Part shown: positions 1-8,361 of the stretch, in pieces
Layout of the letters: each line of letters opens with the position of its first letter
Position numbering within the stretch: the stretch's first letter is position 1
Source of the DNA: Bacteroidota bacterium
GTDB lineage: Bacteria; Bacteroidota; Ignavibacteria; UBA10030
Reading direction: 5' to 3'
NCBI GenBank assembly: GCA_050008835.1
Contig: JBEKLV010000002.1
Coordinates: 1 to 41,629, forward strand
DNA: 41,629 bases
Program-made: the position numbers and the translations under genes
The notes under the pieces: generated by a model
Told to the model about the DNA's origin: nothing
What the model saw: only the letters and a program-made list of their open reading frames with translations
The model's database searches: none

Positions 1-1
1 A

Positions 2-730
2 GCAAAGCGTCCCGAGATGATGAGCGCCTTTGAGCATTGGAAAGATAAAAAAGGATGGTCTCAAGACGATGCATTTTATGATGTCGATTATGTGCTGACG
101 ACAAGAGAGCTTGCCCGGATGTTCAAGGAATCGGGAATTCAATTCTCTAATCTTCCAGCCGAAGAATTTGACAACCCATTGGGCGAATCCACGGGTGCTG
201 CGGTTATCTTTGGCGCGACCGGCGGTGTCATGGAAGCCGCGCTAAGAACTGCATATGAAGTTGTTACCAGCAAGCCGCTTGCGAATATCAATTTCACCGC
301 TGTCCGTGGAATGGAAGGAATAAAAGAAGCAGAAGTTGATATGAACGGCACAAAAGTCAAAGTTGCAGTTGCTCATACGCTGGGTAATGCACGGAAACTT
401 TTTGAACAAATTGAAAAGAAGGAATCACCGTACGCATTCATCGAAGTGATGACCTGTCCAGGCGGATGTCTCGGTGGCGGTGGCCAGCCGATTCCTACTA
501 CTTGGGAAATAAGAAAGAAAAGAGCCGAATCCATTTATCTGGAAGATTCCAATAAACCGATTCGTAAGTCACATGAGAATCCTCAGATCACGACGCTATA
601 CAAAGATTTCTTGAAAGAACCATTGGGACATATGTCGCACAATCTTCTACACACGACATACGAGAAGCGTGGATTGTTTGCTTGGAAGTCTAACGGTGTA
701 AAGAAGAATAAAAAGGAACTAGCATTATAA
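2..730 (+). CDS. [FeFe]-hydrogenase catalytic subunit, C-terminal part (5' end lies outside the window)
   Basis: The frame is open from base 2. It contains the H-cluster motif MTCPGGCLGGGGQP, FGATGGVMEAALR, and a C-terminal small-subunit-like tail (PLGHMSHNLLHTTY). Confidence 0.85.
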   Translation, partial: AKRPEMMSAFEHWKDKKGWSQDDAFYDVDYVLTTRELARMFKESGIQFSNLPAEEFDNPLGESTGAAVIFGATGGVMEAALRTAYEVVTSKPLANINFTAVRGMEGIKEAEVDMNGTKVKVAVAHTLGNARKLFEQIEKKESPYAFIEVMTCPGGCLGGGGQPIPTTWEIRKKRAESIYLEDSNKPIRKSHENPQITTLYKDFLKEPLGHMSHNLLHTTYEKRGLFAWKSNGVKKNKKELAL

Positions 731-780
731 TTGAATGTATTACTAATCCGACCGTTCAAAGCGATCAGGTTGGTTGATAT

Positions 781-2616
781 TTATAAATTATCTCCCCTCA
801 ATATCCGTATTCTTTTCCGAGATTCTTCCGCGTAAAGAGAATTCGGAAATTGTAATAGCAATTTTTCGTAGGCGTCAATTGCTCGCGCTTTGTTGTTTAA
901 AACTGTCTGACAAATTTCTGCGATTCTAAACTGTGCACGGTCTTTGAGAATGCTCAACTGAATCGAGTCTGCAATAAAGTAGAATGCTGCAATTGCTTCA
1001 TTGGGACGTTTCAATAAAAGATATAGTTCACCAATCTTCATCATCGCATCATCCACTAATAATGCTATTGAATAGTGTTTAACAATATCTTGAAACTGTA
1101 CAAGCGATTCCGAGTATTTACGCTGGCGCATCAGCAAATCGGCTTTGGCAAATTCTGTTAATGCTTCCGGTGCAGAAGTGTTGTTTTCCAGTATAAAGTA
1201 TTGTAATTGCAATGCATCGTTCGTTAAGTCCATATTGAGATTCGCATTGAACCGTTTCAGAATTGATAGCGCCGAATCGAACTTCGCTTCAAAGTAATCC
1301 AGCTCTGCCAATTTGAATGCCGCTTGGTCTTGATACACCACCATCGAAGTTTTGCTAAGCCGATCATATTCTTTTCGTGCCTCGACAAGATTGTTCCGCG
1401 CGATTTGTATATCACCTATCTTTAGCACAGCATCATTGGAAATATTCGGCTTTGACGGTACGTCCTTCAATCGATTGAATGCATAAAGAGCACCATCAAG
1501 ATCGAAAAGTCTGTCAAACTTTATAACACCAATGCGATACAATGATTGAGCGGCAAGATCGGAATTCGCATGTTCTGCGGCAATCGATTCGTACATTTGA
1601 ATCGAACTATTGTACGTCAGTTGTGATTCTGATAATGATACAGTTGTGTCCTGTAGAGCAATCAGTTCTTCAAGTGCTCGAGCATATCCGAAATACGCAT
1701 ATGGTAGAAGTTGAGAATTTTTTTGATCATTAACAACTTCTTTGAATGCCTCCGCCGCAGTTTTATATACGCATTCCTGATGAAGCCGCTGGGCAAAGTT
1801 GAAGAGCTCGTTACCGTTCGCATTAGAAAGACGATCTATGATTCGATATTGCTCCAACGCTGCGTCATAGCGTCGGTCCTCCGATAATAGCCATGCATAC
1901 AATCGATGTAAGGCAATATTATCCGGCGAGTTTTTCAATTCATCCTTAACTGTTTCGGAGGCGGCACTAATGCCTTCCGGTTTAGCGGTAAATGCACTGA
2001 GACGCGATTGAACAAGAGGCAATTGATCCGGTGTTGTCTTTATCAAGCGTAGATATTCTTTTGATGCAGACATGTACTGTTGAAGTGCGGTGTAAAGACT
2101 CCCTAATTCATCCGCAAACATCGCGTCATTCTTACTAATCGAACGTCCATTAAGATAAGTTCTGATACATTGATCATACATGCGATGTTGCAACATTTCA
2201 TTGGCGACAATACGATAAATTTGCACGTTGTGCGGGTCAATCGCTATAACTGATTTCCATACTGAGTCTGCTGCGGCTTCATTACCAGCGTCATAATAGA
2301 GTCCGCCGATTGCTGTCATTTTATTCATATCTCCCGGTTGAAAGATCAGCCATCGGCGAATAATGTTGATGGCTTTACCATATTCTTTGATTTGCGTATA
2401 ACTGCGCTGGAGTCCATCGAGGAATAAATAATTATTCGGTTCTAACGCGCTGAGGTCTTCATAGAGAGCTACTGCGCGCTCCCATTCGCCAGCTTCTTCA
2501 AATCCCTGTGCCAGACGAAGCTTCGTTAGTTTATCGGTGTCTTGTGCACGAGCGAATTGGAAAAGTGTGAAAATTCCAAACAAGAATACTATCCAAATAT
2601 TGTTTTTACTTTTCAC
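781..2616 (-). CDS. Secreted TPR-repeat protein
   Basis: 611-aa ORF with an N-terminal signal-like segment (IWIVFLFGIFTLFQFARAQ). Helical A/Y/L-rich 34-aa-like repeats run through the whole protein. Confidence 0.6.
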   Translation of the reverse strand: MKSKNNIWIVFLFGIFTLFQFARAQDTDKLTKLRLAQGFEEAGEWERAVALYEDLSALEPNNYLFLDGLQRSYTQIKEYGKAINIIRRWLIFQPGDMNKMTAIGGLYYDAGNEAAADSVWKSVIAIDPHNVQIYRIVANEMLQHRMYDQCIRTYLNGRSISKNDAMFADELGSLYTALQQYMSASKEYLRLIKTTPDQLPLVQSRLSAFTAKPEGISAASETVKDELKNSPDNIALHRLYAWLLSEDRRYDAALEQYRIIDRLSNANGNELFNFAQRLHQECVYKTAAEAFKEVVNDQKNSQLLPYAYFGYARALEELIALQDTTVSLSESQLTYNSSIQMYESIAAEHANSDLAAQSLYRIGVIKFDRLFDLDGALYAFNRLKDVPSKPNISNDAVLKIGDIQIARNNLVEARKEYDRLSKTSMVVYQDQAAFKLAELDYFEAKFDSALSILKRFNANLNMDLTNDALQLQYFILENNTSAPEALTEFAKADLLMRQRKYSESLVQFQDIVKHYSIALLVDDAMMKIGELYLLLKRPNEAIAAFYFIADSIQLSILKDRAQFRIAEICQTVLNNKARAIDAYEKLLLQFPNSLYAEESRKRIRILRGDNL

Positions 2617-2737
2617 TTTCGACTTTGAATTTTATTCTCCGTCAATATACAAAAAGCAATCTCGATTTGCGAAGATGGATTGTAAAAATTGCCTTCCTTG
2701 ACATGCCTAGCGAATTTGATTACCTTGAAATCACACC

Positions 2738-3892
2738 ATGAGTCAGAATCCAAAGCATATTGCTATCCTTGGTTCGACCGGCTCTATTGGCCGGAATTGT
2801 CTTTCGGTTATTCATAATCTTTCAGACAGATTCAGTATTACCTACCTTACTACTAACACCAACATCGAGCTGCTCCAAAACCAGATTGCGCATTTCCACC
2901 CGCGCGGTGTTGTAGTGTTAGACGAAACCAAAGCTGCAGCGTTGCAGTCAATAGTTGGTACTTCGGTAGAAGTGCTTACCGGCCACGAAGGATTGCTGGA
3001 AATTGTACACCGGGACGATGTCGATCTTGTCATTAATTCAATTGTTGGGTTTGCCGGGTTGAAACCGACCGTCGAGGCAATCAAACATCGAAAACACATT
3101 GCACTTGCAAACAAAGAAACACTTGTCGTTGCCGGGGAACTTATTATTTCATTAGTCAAAGAATATGGAGTAACTCTTGTCCCGATCGATAGTGAGCACA
3201 GTGCTATTTTACAATGCCTCGTCGGCGAAGATCAAAACAGCGCGAGCAGGATTATCCTAACGGCATCCGGTGGACCACTTTTAAATACGCCTAAAGATGC
3301 ATTCGCATCTATTACGGTCGAACAAGCATTGAATCACCCTAATTGGAAAATGGGAAATAAGATTACGATCGACTCTGCCACGTTGATGAACAAGGGGTTG
3401 GAAGTGATTGAAGCCCACTGGTTATTCAACATACCAACAGAACGCATCGACGTTGTGATTCACCCGCAATCTATTATTCATTCGATGGTAGAGTTCGTGG
3501 ATGGTTCCATAAAAGCGCAGCTTGGCGTGCCGGACATGAAGCTTCCAATTCAATATGCATTAACATATCCAAAGCGGTGTCCGATGAGAGAGAGCCGTGT
3601 AGATTTTCCAAAGTTGCAATCGATGACATTTTTCGCGCCTGATCTCAATAAATTTCGCTGCCTTCAATTGGCATACGACGCAATGGCATTAGGCGGAACT
3701 GCTCCTGCCGTTATGAATGCTGCTAACGAAATTGCAGTGCAAGCTTTTTTAGAGAAGAAAATTTCATTTGACAGAATTCCAGAATTAATTGAACGGGCGC
3801 TTGCCAAACAAACAAACCATGTCTCGCCCGATCTTGAACATACATTTCAAAGCGATCATAATACGCGGGAGTATGTCCGAACTTTATTATAA
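2738..3892 (+). CDS. dxr: 1-deoxy-D-xylulose 5-phosphate reductoisomerase
   Basis: N-terminal ILGSTGSIGRN NADPH-binding motif, plus LANKE, DSEHSA and NHPNWKMG motifs. The 384-aa length is typical, and the gene sits upstream of rseP as in many bacteria. Confidence 0.95.
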   Translation: MSQNPKHIAILGSTGSIGRNCLSVIHNLSDRFSITYLTTNTNIELLQNQIAHFHPRGVVVLDETKAAALQSIVGTSVEVLTGHEGLLEIVHRDDVDLVINSIVGFAGLKPTVEAIKHRKHIALANKETLVVAGELIISLVKEYGVTLVPIDSEHSAILQCLVGEDQNSASRIILTASGGPLLNTPKDAFASITVEQALNHPNWKMGNKITIDSATLMNKGLEVIEAHWLFNIPTERIDVVIHPQSIIHSMVEFVDGSIKAQLGVPDMKLPIQYALTYPKRCPMRESRVDFPKLQSMTFFAPDLNKFRCLQLAYDAMALGGTAPAVMNAANEIAVQAFLEKKISFDRIPELIERALAKQTNHVSPDLEHTFQSDHNTREYVRTLL

Positions 3893-3932
3893 CCTGCAGC
3901 GATAAAAAGTTAGTAAATGGTGAATTAAACTT

Positions 3933-5246
3933 ATGGCGATATTAAGTACGATATTCTATTTTATCATAACTATTGGTATTCTCGTTTTAGTACACGAACT
4001 CGGGCATTTTCTTGCCGCTAAATTTTTTAAGATGCGTGTTGATACTTTCAGTTTAGGTTTTCCACCGCGTGCATTTGGCAAAAAAATTGGCGAGACCGAT
4101 TACTGTATATCATGGATTCCTATTGGTGGATACGTGAAGATTGCCGGTATGATTGACGAAAGCTTCGATACAGAATTTTTAAATAAAGAACCGCAACCGT
4201 GGGAATTTCGTTCGAAACCGATATGGCAGCGTATGATCGTTATTTCCGCCGGTGTTATTATGAATCTTCTACTTGCTGTTTTTATTTTTTGGGGAATTAT
4301 TTTTCACGAAGGTAAGACGATTCGTCCGGTGACAGAAATCGGGTATGTAGCGCAAAATAGTACTGCAGCAAAATCTGGGTTGCACGTTGGCGATAAAATC
4401 GTTTCCATCAACAGTCATCCTGTGAAACAGTGGGATGAAATCGAAAGCACGATTTATACTGAATCGATGGCAAATGATTTAAATATACAGGTGAATCGTT
4501 CTGACACAATTAGTAATATTTTGATACGTCGTTCAGAACTACCGGATATTACCGAAGAGCGATTTGGCATTCTTCCGTCAGGTCTCATGTCGGTTGTTAC
4601 GCTTGTAGACCACGGAAAGCCCGCCGAACAGATCGGTTTGCAGCCCGGAGATACACTTCTTGCGGTCAACCAAGTGCCTGTGAGCTTTGGTTCGCTGCAA
4701 GAAGCAATTCGATCAAATGCTGGTAAAGAAATCTTATTGTCTTGGGCGCGAGGAGAGCGGAAAATGAACGCACGTGTAAAGCCGACCTCCGAAGGACGCA
4801 TCGGAATTGCTTTAGAGGGCGCATATCAGGGACCAATAATTCACGAGCATTATTCCTTATTAGAGGCTCTTCCGATTGGTCTCGGAGAATTGAAAACAAC
4901 AAGCATTCTCTTTCTTTCCAATCTATATCAACTGGCAGCGGGAAAAGCTTCACTAAGCAAATCGATGGGTGGACCTATAAAAATAGCTCAGTTGGCAAAA
5001 CGGTCTGCTGACAATGGCATATTAGAGTTCTTTGGATTTATTGGCTTATTAAGTATCAGTCTTGCTTTACTGAACATCCTTCCTTTTCCTGCACTCGATG
5101 GCGGACATCTTGTTTTTCTGATATATGAAGCTGTGTTTAGGCGTGAAGTACCAAGCAAAGTAAAAATTGCCCTTCAGCAAGCAGGATTTATATTGCTGCT
5201 TGTATTTATGGCGTTCGTTCTTTATAATGATGTCATAAATTTTTAA
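3933..5246 (+). CDS. rseP: RIP (site-2) zinc metalloprotease RseP
   Basis: HELGHF motif in the first TM helix, central PDZ-like segments (GDKIVSIN, GDTLLAVN), and a C-terminal NILPFPALDGGH motif. Confidence 0.9.
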   Translation: MAILSTIFYFIITIGILVLVHELGHFLAAKFFKMRVDTFSLGFPPRAFGKKIGETDYCISWIPIGGYVKIAGMIDESFDTEFLNKEPQPWEFRSKPIWQRMIVISAGVIMNLLLAVFIFWGIIFHEGKTIRPVTEIGYVAQNSTAAKSGLHVGDKIVSINSHPVKQWDEIESTIYTESMANDLNIQVNRSDTISNILIRRSELPDITEERFGILPSGLMSVVTLVDHGKPAEQIGLQPGDTLLAVNQVPVSFGSLQEAIRSNAGKEILLSWARGERKMNARVKPTSEGRIGIALEGAYQGPIIHEHYSLLEALPIGLGELKTTSILFLSNLYQLAAGKASLSKSMGGPIKIAQLAKRSADNGILEFFGFIGLLSISLALLNILPFPALDGGHLVFLIYEAVFRREVPSKVKIALQQAGFILLLVFMAFVLYNDVINF

Positions 5247-5337
5247 ATCCTCCTTGTGTGATAGTTATCAACGTATTTTATTGCTCCGTCGCCTATAATG
5301 AGTGCATAAAACAAACAATACAAAGGAGTTACGCACC

Positions 5338-6504
5338 ATGAAATGGACTATGAATAAGATCGCACTAAGCGGCATCGTTCTTCTTGCCATTGTGCTGAGT
5401 TGTTCGACTGCCTTTGCTCAAAACAATTCCGTAAAAGCATCTCTGGATTTTCAGATGTACGATGTCATCTATCTTACTGATTTTGTTGATATTAAAAATC
5501 AGCAGTTGAACCCGAATATTTCCGGGATTTCTCTTAGTATGTCCTCGACAAGCACAACTCCGCCAAAGGAATTATTGGTTTGTGTTTATGTTGAATTACA
5601 TGTCCAGCTTCGTGGTGAGGCCGATCAGGAATTGATGCATTTGTACACAAATAATTTTGATATGATTAAAAACCCAGTGCTTGCTGCGAATAATTTTGCA
5701 AAAGGTGGCAGTGGTAATATATATATCCGAGACGGTTTGAATACTTATGTTGAGAACGGATCACTTCGCCAGCGTTTAGAAGATATGGCTGCGAAAAATC
5801 CAACAGCACCACCGGGTAAGTATTCTATTATTATGCAAGTACTTACTTATCCGTCCATCAAATTGACTGATAGGGGTGTCCCAACTAATGTTCAAGTTTT
5901 AGGTCAAGACGCCAAAACGGTCACAGTTCAATTCTCAACCGCAGATGAAGTGTTTGTTGAGATTAATGATCCAAAAAACGGCAGTTTTTTCAACAATCTT
6001 GCTCCGACATTTAGCTGGACAACAGGCGAATCAAATGTAACGGTTTCTGTTTATGAAGCGTTACCTACACAGCGATCTCCTCAGGATGCATTAACAGGTG
6101 GAAATCCATGTTTAGTGCGTACTGTGACTGGTCAAACATCACTCACTTATCCTTCCGATGCTCAACGGCAGCTTGCACAAAACAAATCATACGTTCTCCA
6201 GGTACAAGCGATAGTCTCTACGAATCGTGGAAATGTGATGCAATCAAGTCTTCCGATCGTTTTTCGCATCTCCGATGACAAAGTTGGGCAAATGCTAGAT
6301 AACTTCTTAAATGCACTCAGCGGTTCTGCTTCTGCAACGTATTCAACACTTCGAGCAGATCCAAACAACTGGATTGCATGGTCACCGTATGGAAACATCA
6401 CACTTGATGGTAGCACATTGACAGAAACCGATTTGCAAAGTCTTGTCAATGATCTCGCAAGCCGTTCCGACTTAACAATTCAACTTGGTGTTGAAAACCA
6501 ATAA
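5338..6504 (+). CDS. Hypothetical secreted protein, first gene of the FecR/OMP/CHASE2 cluster
   Basis: The ATG at 5338 is preceded by AAAGGAG at about 5321-5327. Signal peptide MKWTMNKIALSGIVLLAIVLSCSTAFAQ. I recognise no family. The GTG at 5302 in the ORF track is a less likely start. Confidence 0.5.
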   Translation: MKWTMNKIALSGIVLLAIVLSCSTAFAQNNSVKASLDFQMYDVIYLTDFVDIKNQQLNPNISGISLSMSSTSTTPPKELLVCVYVELHVQLRGEADQELMHLYTNNFDMIKNPVLAANNFAKGGSGNIYIRDGLNTYVENGSLRQRLEDMAAKNPTAPPGKYSIIMQVLTYPSIKLTDRGVPTNVQVLGQDAKTVTVQFSTADEVFVEINDPKNGSFFNNLAPTFSWTTGESNVTVSVYEALPTQRSPQDALTGGNPCLVRTVTGQTSLTYPSDAQRQLAQNKSYVLQVQAIVSTNRGNVMQSSLPIVFRISDDKVGQMLDNFLNALSGSASATYSTLRADPNNWIAWSPYGNITLDGSTLTETDLQSLVNDLASRSDLTIQLGVENQ

Positions 6505-6522
6505 ACGCTTAAGGAGAAAGCC

Positions 6523-8217
6523 ATGAAGAATAAGATCGTCATTATCTGTGTATTGGTTCTCCTTGGTGTACTTTCACTGGGGCAAAAAACACAACAGGAC
6601 AAGAAAGATATTTCAGCTTACATTGTGAAAGTTATCAGGGATGTGAACATGAAATCACCTACAACAGGATGGCAAAAGGCGGTCCCTTTAAGCAAATTAA
6701 AATCTGGCTATGAAGTACAAACCGATAAAGGATCTTTAGCATTGATTCTTTTCGCAGATCAATCGAAGCTGATTCTCCGCGAAAAATCTATTGTGACCAT
6801 CAAGGGAGAAGTACAAGGAAAAGAAATTCTCAGCCGAAGCGTCCATATGGATCGTGGAAATATGATTTTTAATGTGAAGAAAGCTGAAACTGAACAATTT
6901 CGGTTTTCTTCTCCCATTTCTGTTGCATCTATTCGCGGCACTGAGGGTGGCTATAACACCGGAGGCAATGCAGACTATTTTACTATTTCTAGGGGTCTTG
7001 CAGATTTTACGAACTCGATCTCCGGCCGTTCCACACATGTTAGCACCGGAAATACCGCAGTCGCTGATAGCTCAGGGGGTCTGAATCTTCGCAAAGCAAG
7101 TAAAAAAGAACTCGATAATATTGCAAGCGGAGCTGCAGAAGGTGGTGGACAAGGTTCGACAACAAAAACTAAGAATGTTGTAATCGACGGAACGATCGGA
7201 TTTAATCCGACTCCCACGGCTGGCAATGCGACAACCGCTAAGTTAGACTTGAGTCCGACTGATACTGTTATTTCCGGTGTGAATTTCTTCTATCGCACAA
7301 AAGGCACTACAGCGTTCACACAAGTTGCAATGGCGATGGATGGCAAAATTGCATCGGTTGAAATTCCAGCTGCTCAGGTCGCAAGTCCGGCAATGGAATA
7401 TTATTTTGCAATTACGATTGGAACTCGTACTCTTACTCTGCCTTCGGGAGGTGCAGGCACACCGGGTTCGGTGTCAGTTGCTAAAGCGGTCTCTTCTGCC
7501 GCCGGCGGGCCTGTTACAATTACCGCAACGCCGGTTTTTAGTCCGTCGCCAGTTCGTTCGTTTACGAATATCCAGTCGACTCTCGATCTTTCTTCTGTCA
7601 CTGCAAAGCTGAATACTATCACACTCAAATACCGTCGCGGTGGTGATGCAGCATTCAAATCATTGGCACTTACTCTTTCCAACAAGGTTGCAACCGGCAC
7701 GGTGCCAGGTGTTGATGTCCGTGCACCGGAACTTGAATACTATTTCGTGGTAAAGCTGGCAGATTCATTAAATACAGAGGTTACGCTTCCCAGCGATGGT
7801 GCTTCGAATCCTATGTCAATAACTGTTCCCTCGTTGACTAGGATTGTTCCGCAATTTGGTCCGTTGAAATCAAAGAGTTCTGGGTCAGTCAGTGTAGACT
7901 TTTCTTCGCTTCAAGCAAATGTCACGGCCGTCAGTCTCTTTTATCATAAACAGAATGAGCCCACGTTTACGGAATTGATACTCACCACATCCGGTCAAGT
8001 AGCTACTGGTCAAATACCTGCGGAAAGGGTCCGATACCCGAAATTGGAATATTATACATCTCTTCGATTTGACGATGGATCAACGCTCATTGTACCGCAA
8101 GATGGTCCATCCAATCCGATGGCGACATCGGTACAGGCGATTCAGCGTGAACTTCGCATCCCAGGCCAGACTGGATCATTACAGAAAAAAGTTCTCGTCT
8201 TAAAATGGAGTGAATAA
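6523..8217 (+). CDS. Secreted FecR-domain protein with three tandem C-terminal repeat domains
   Basis: RBS AAGGAG lies upstream and a signal peptide is present. Residues about 30-135 resemble a FecR sensor domain (GWQKAVPLSKLKSGYEVQTDKGSLALILFADQSKLILREKSIVTI). Three repeats of about 105 aa follow, each ending in P-x-[LM]-EYY ... LP-x-[DG]G ... P-[GM]-S-[IV]-[ST]-V. Confidence 0.6.
   Translation: MKNKIVIICVLVLLGVLSLGQKTQQDKKDISAYIVKVIRDVNMKSPTTGWQKAVPLSKLKSGYEVQTDKGSLALILFADQSKLILREKSIVTIKGEVQGKEILSRSVHMDRGNMIFNVKKAETEQFRFSSPISVASIRGTEGGYNTGGNADYFTISRGLADFTNSISGRSTHVSTGNTAVADSSGGLNLRKASKKELDNIASGAAEGGGQGSTTKTKNVVIDGTIGFNPTPTAGNATTAKLDLSPTDTVISGVNFFYRTKGTTAFTQVAMAMDGKIASVEIPAAQVASPAMEYYFAITIGTRTLTLPSGGAGTPGSVSVAKAVSSAAGGPVTITATPVFSPSPVRSFTNIQSTLDLSSVTAKLNTITLKYRRGGDAAFKSLALTLSNKVATGTVPGVDVRAPELEYYFVVKLADSLNTEVTLPSDGASNPMSITVPSLTRIVPQFGPLKSKSSGSVSVDFSSLQANVTAVSLFYHKQNEPTFTELILTTSGQVATGQIPAERVRYPKLEYYTSLRFDDGSTLIVPQDGPSNPMATSVQAIQRELRIPGQTGSLQKKVLVLKWSE
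7177..8150 (+). repeat. Three tandem protein-level repeats (about 105-113 aa each) inside the FecR-domain gene
   Basis: The EYY cores lie at nt 7396-7407 (MEYYF), 7735-7746 (LEYYF) and 8047-8055 (LEYY). Spacing is 113 and 104 codons. The similarity is at protein level, not nucleotide level. Confidence 0.7.
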
Positions 8218-8270
8218 TCTGACACGGTGTAAATTTGTGTCTTGCATCATATAATTGCTTTTGATACATT

Positions 8271-8304
8271 GGACGGCGGGTGGGAAGTATACACCCGTCG
8301 TTTT
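8271..8304 (+). terminator. Hairpin plus T-run between the FecR-domain gene and the barrel gene (possible partial terminator or attenuator)
   Basis: ggacggcgggtg (8271-8282) pairs with cacccgtcgttt (8292-8303), including G-U pairs. The loop is 9 nt and the stem runs into a tttt tract. Confidence 0.4.
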
Positions 8305-8361
8305 ATGTTATCCTGTAGGCACCATCGACAATTGCTAAATGTTCCTAACGAGGGGATTCCT

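Noticed and set aside
731-780. Weak ccgacc/ggttgg hairpin between the hydrogenase and TPR genes as a terminator
   Set aside because: The 6-bp stem needs a G-U pair and has no T tract, so it is not supportable.
5302-5337. GTG start at 5302 for the secreted protein
   Set aside because: The ATG at 5338 has a well-spaced AAAGGAG and yields a canonical signal peptide. The extension adds a polar leader before it.
8242-8361. Upstream extension of the barrel ORF (start at 8242 in the ORF track)
   Set aside because: The extension has no signal peptide and contains the 8271-8304 hairpin. The ATG at 8362 has a GAGGGGA RBS and is followed by a typical signal peptide.
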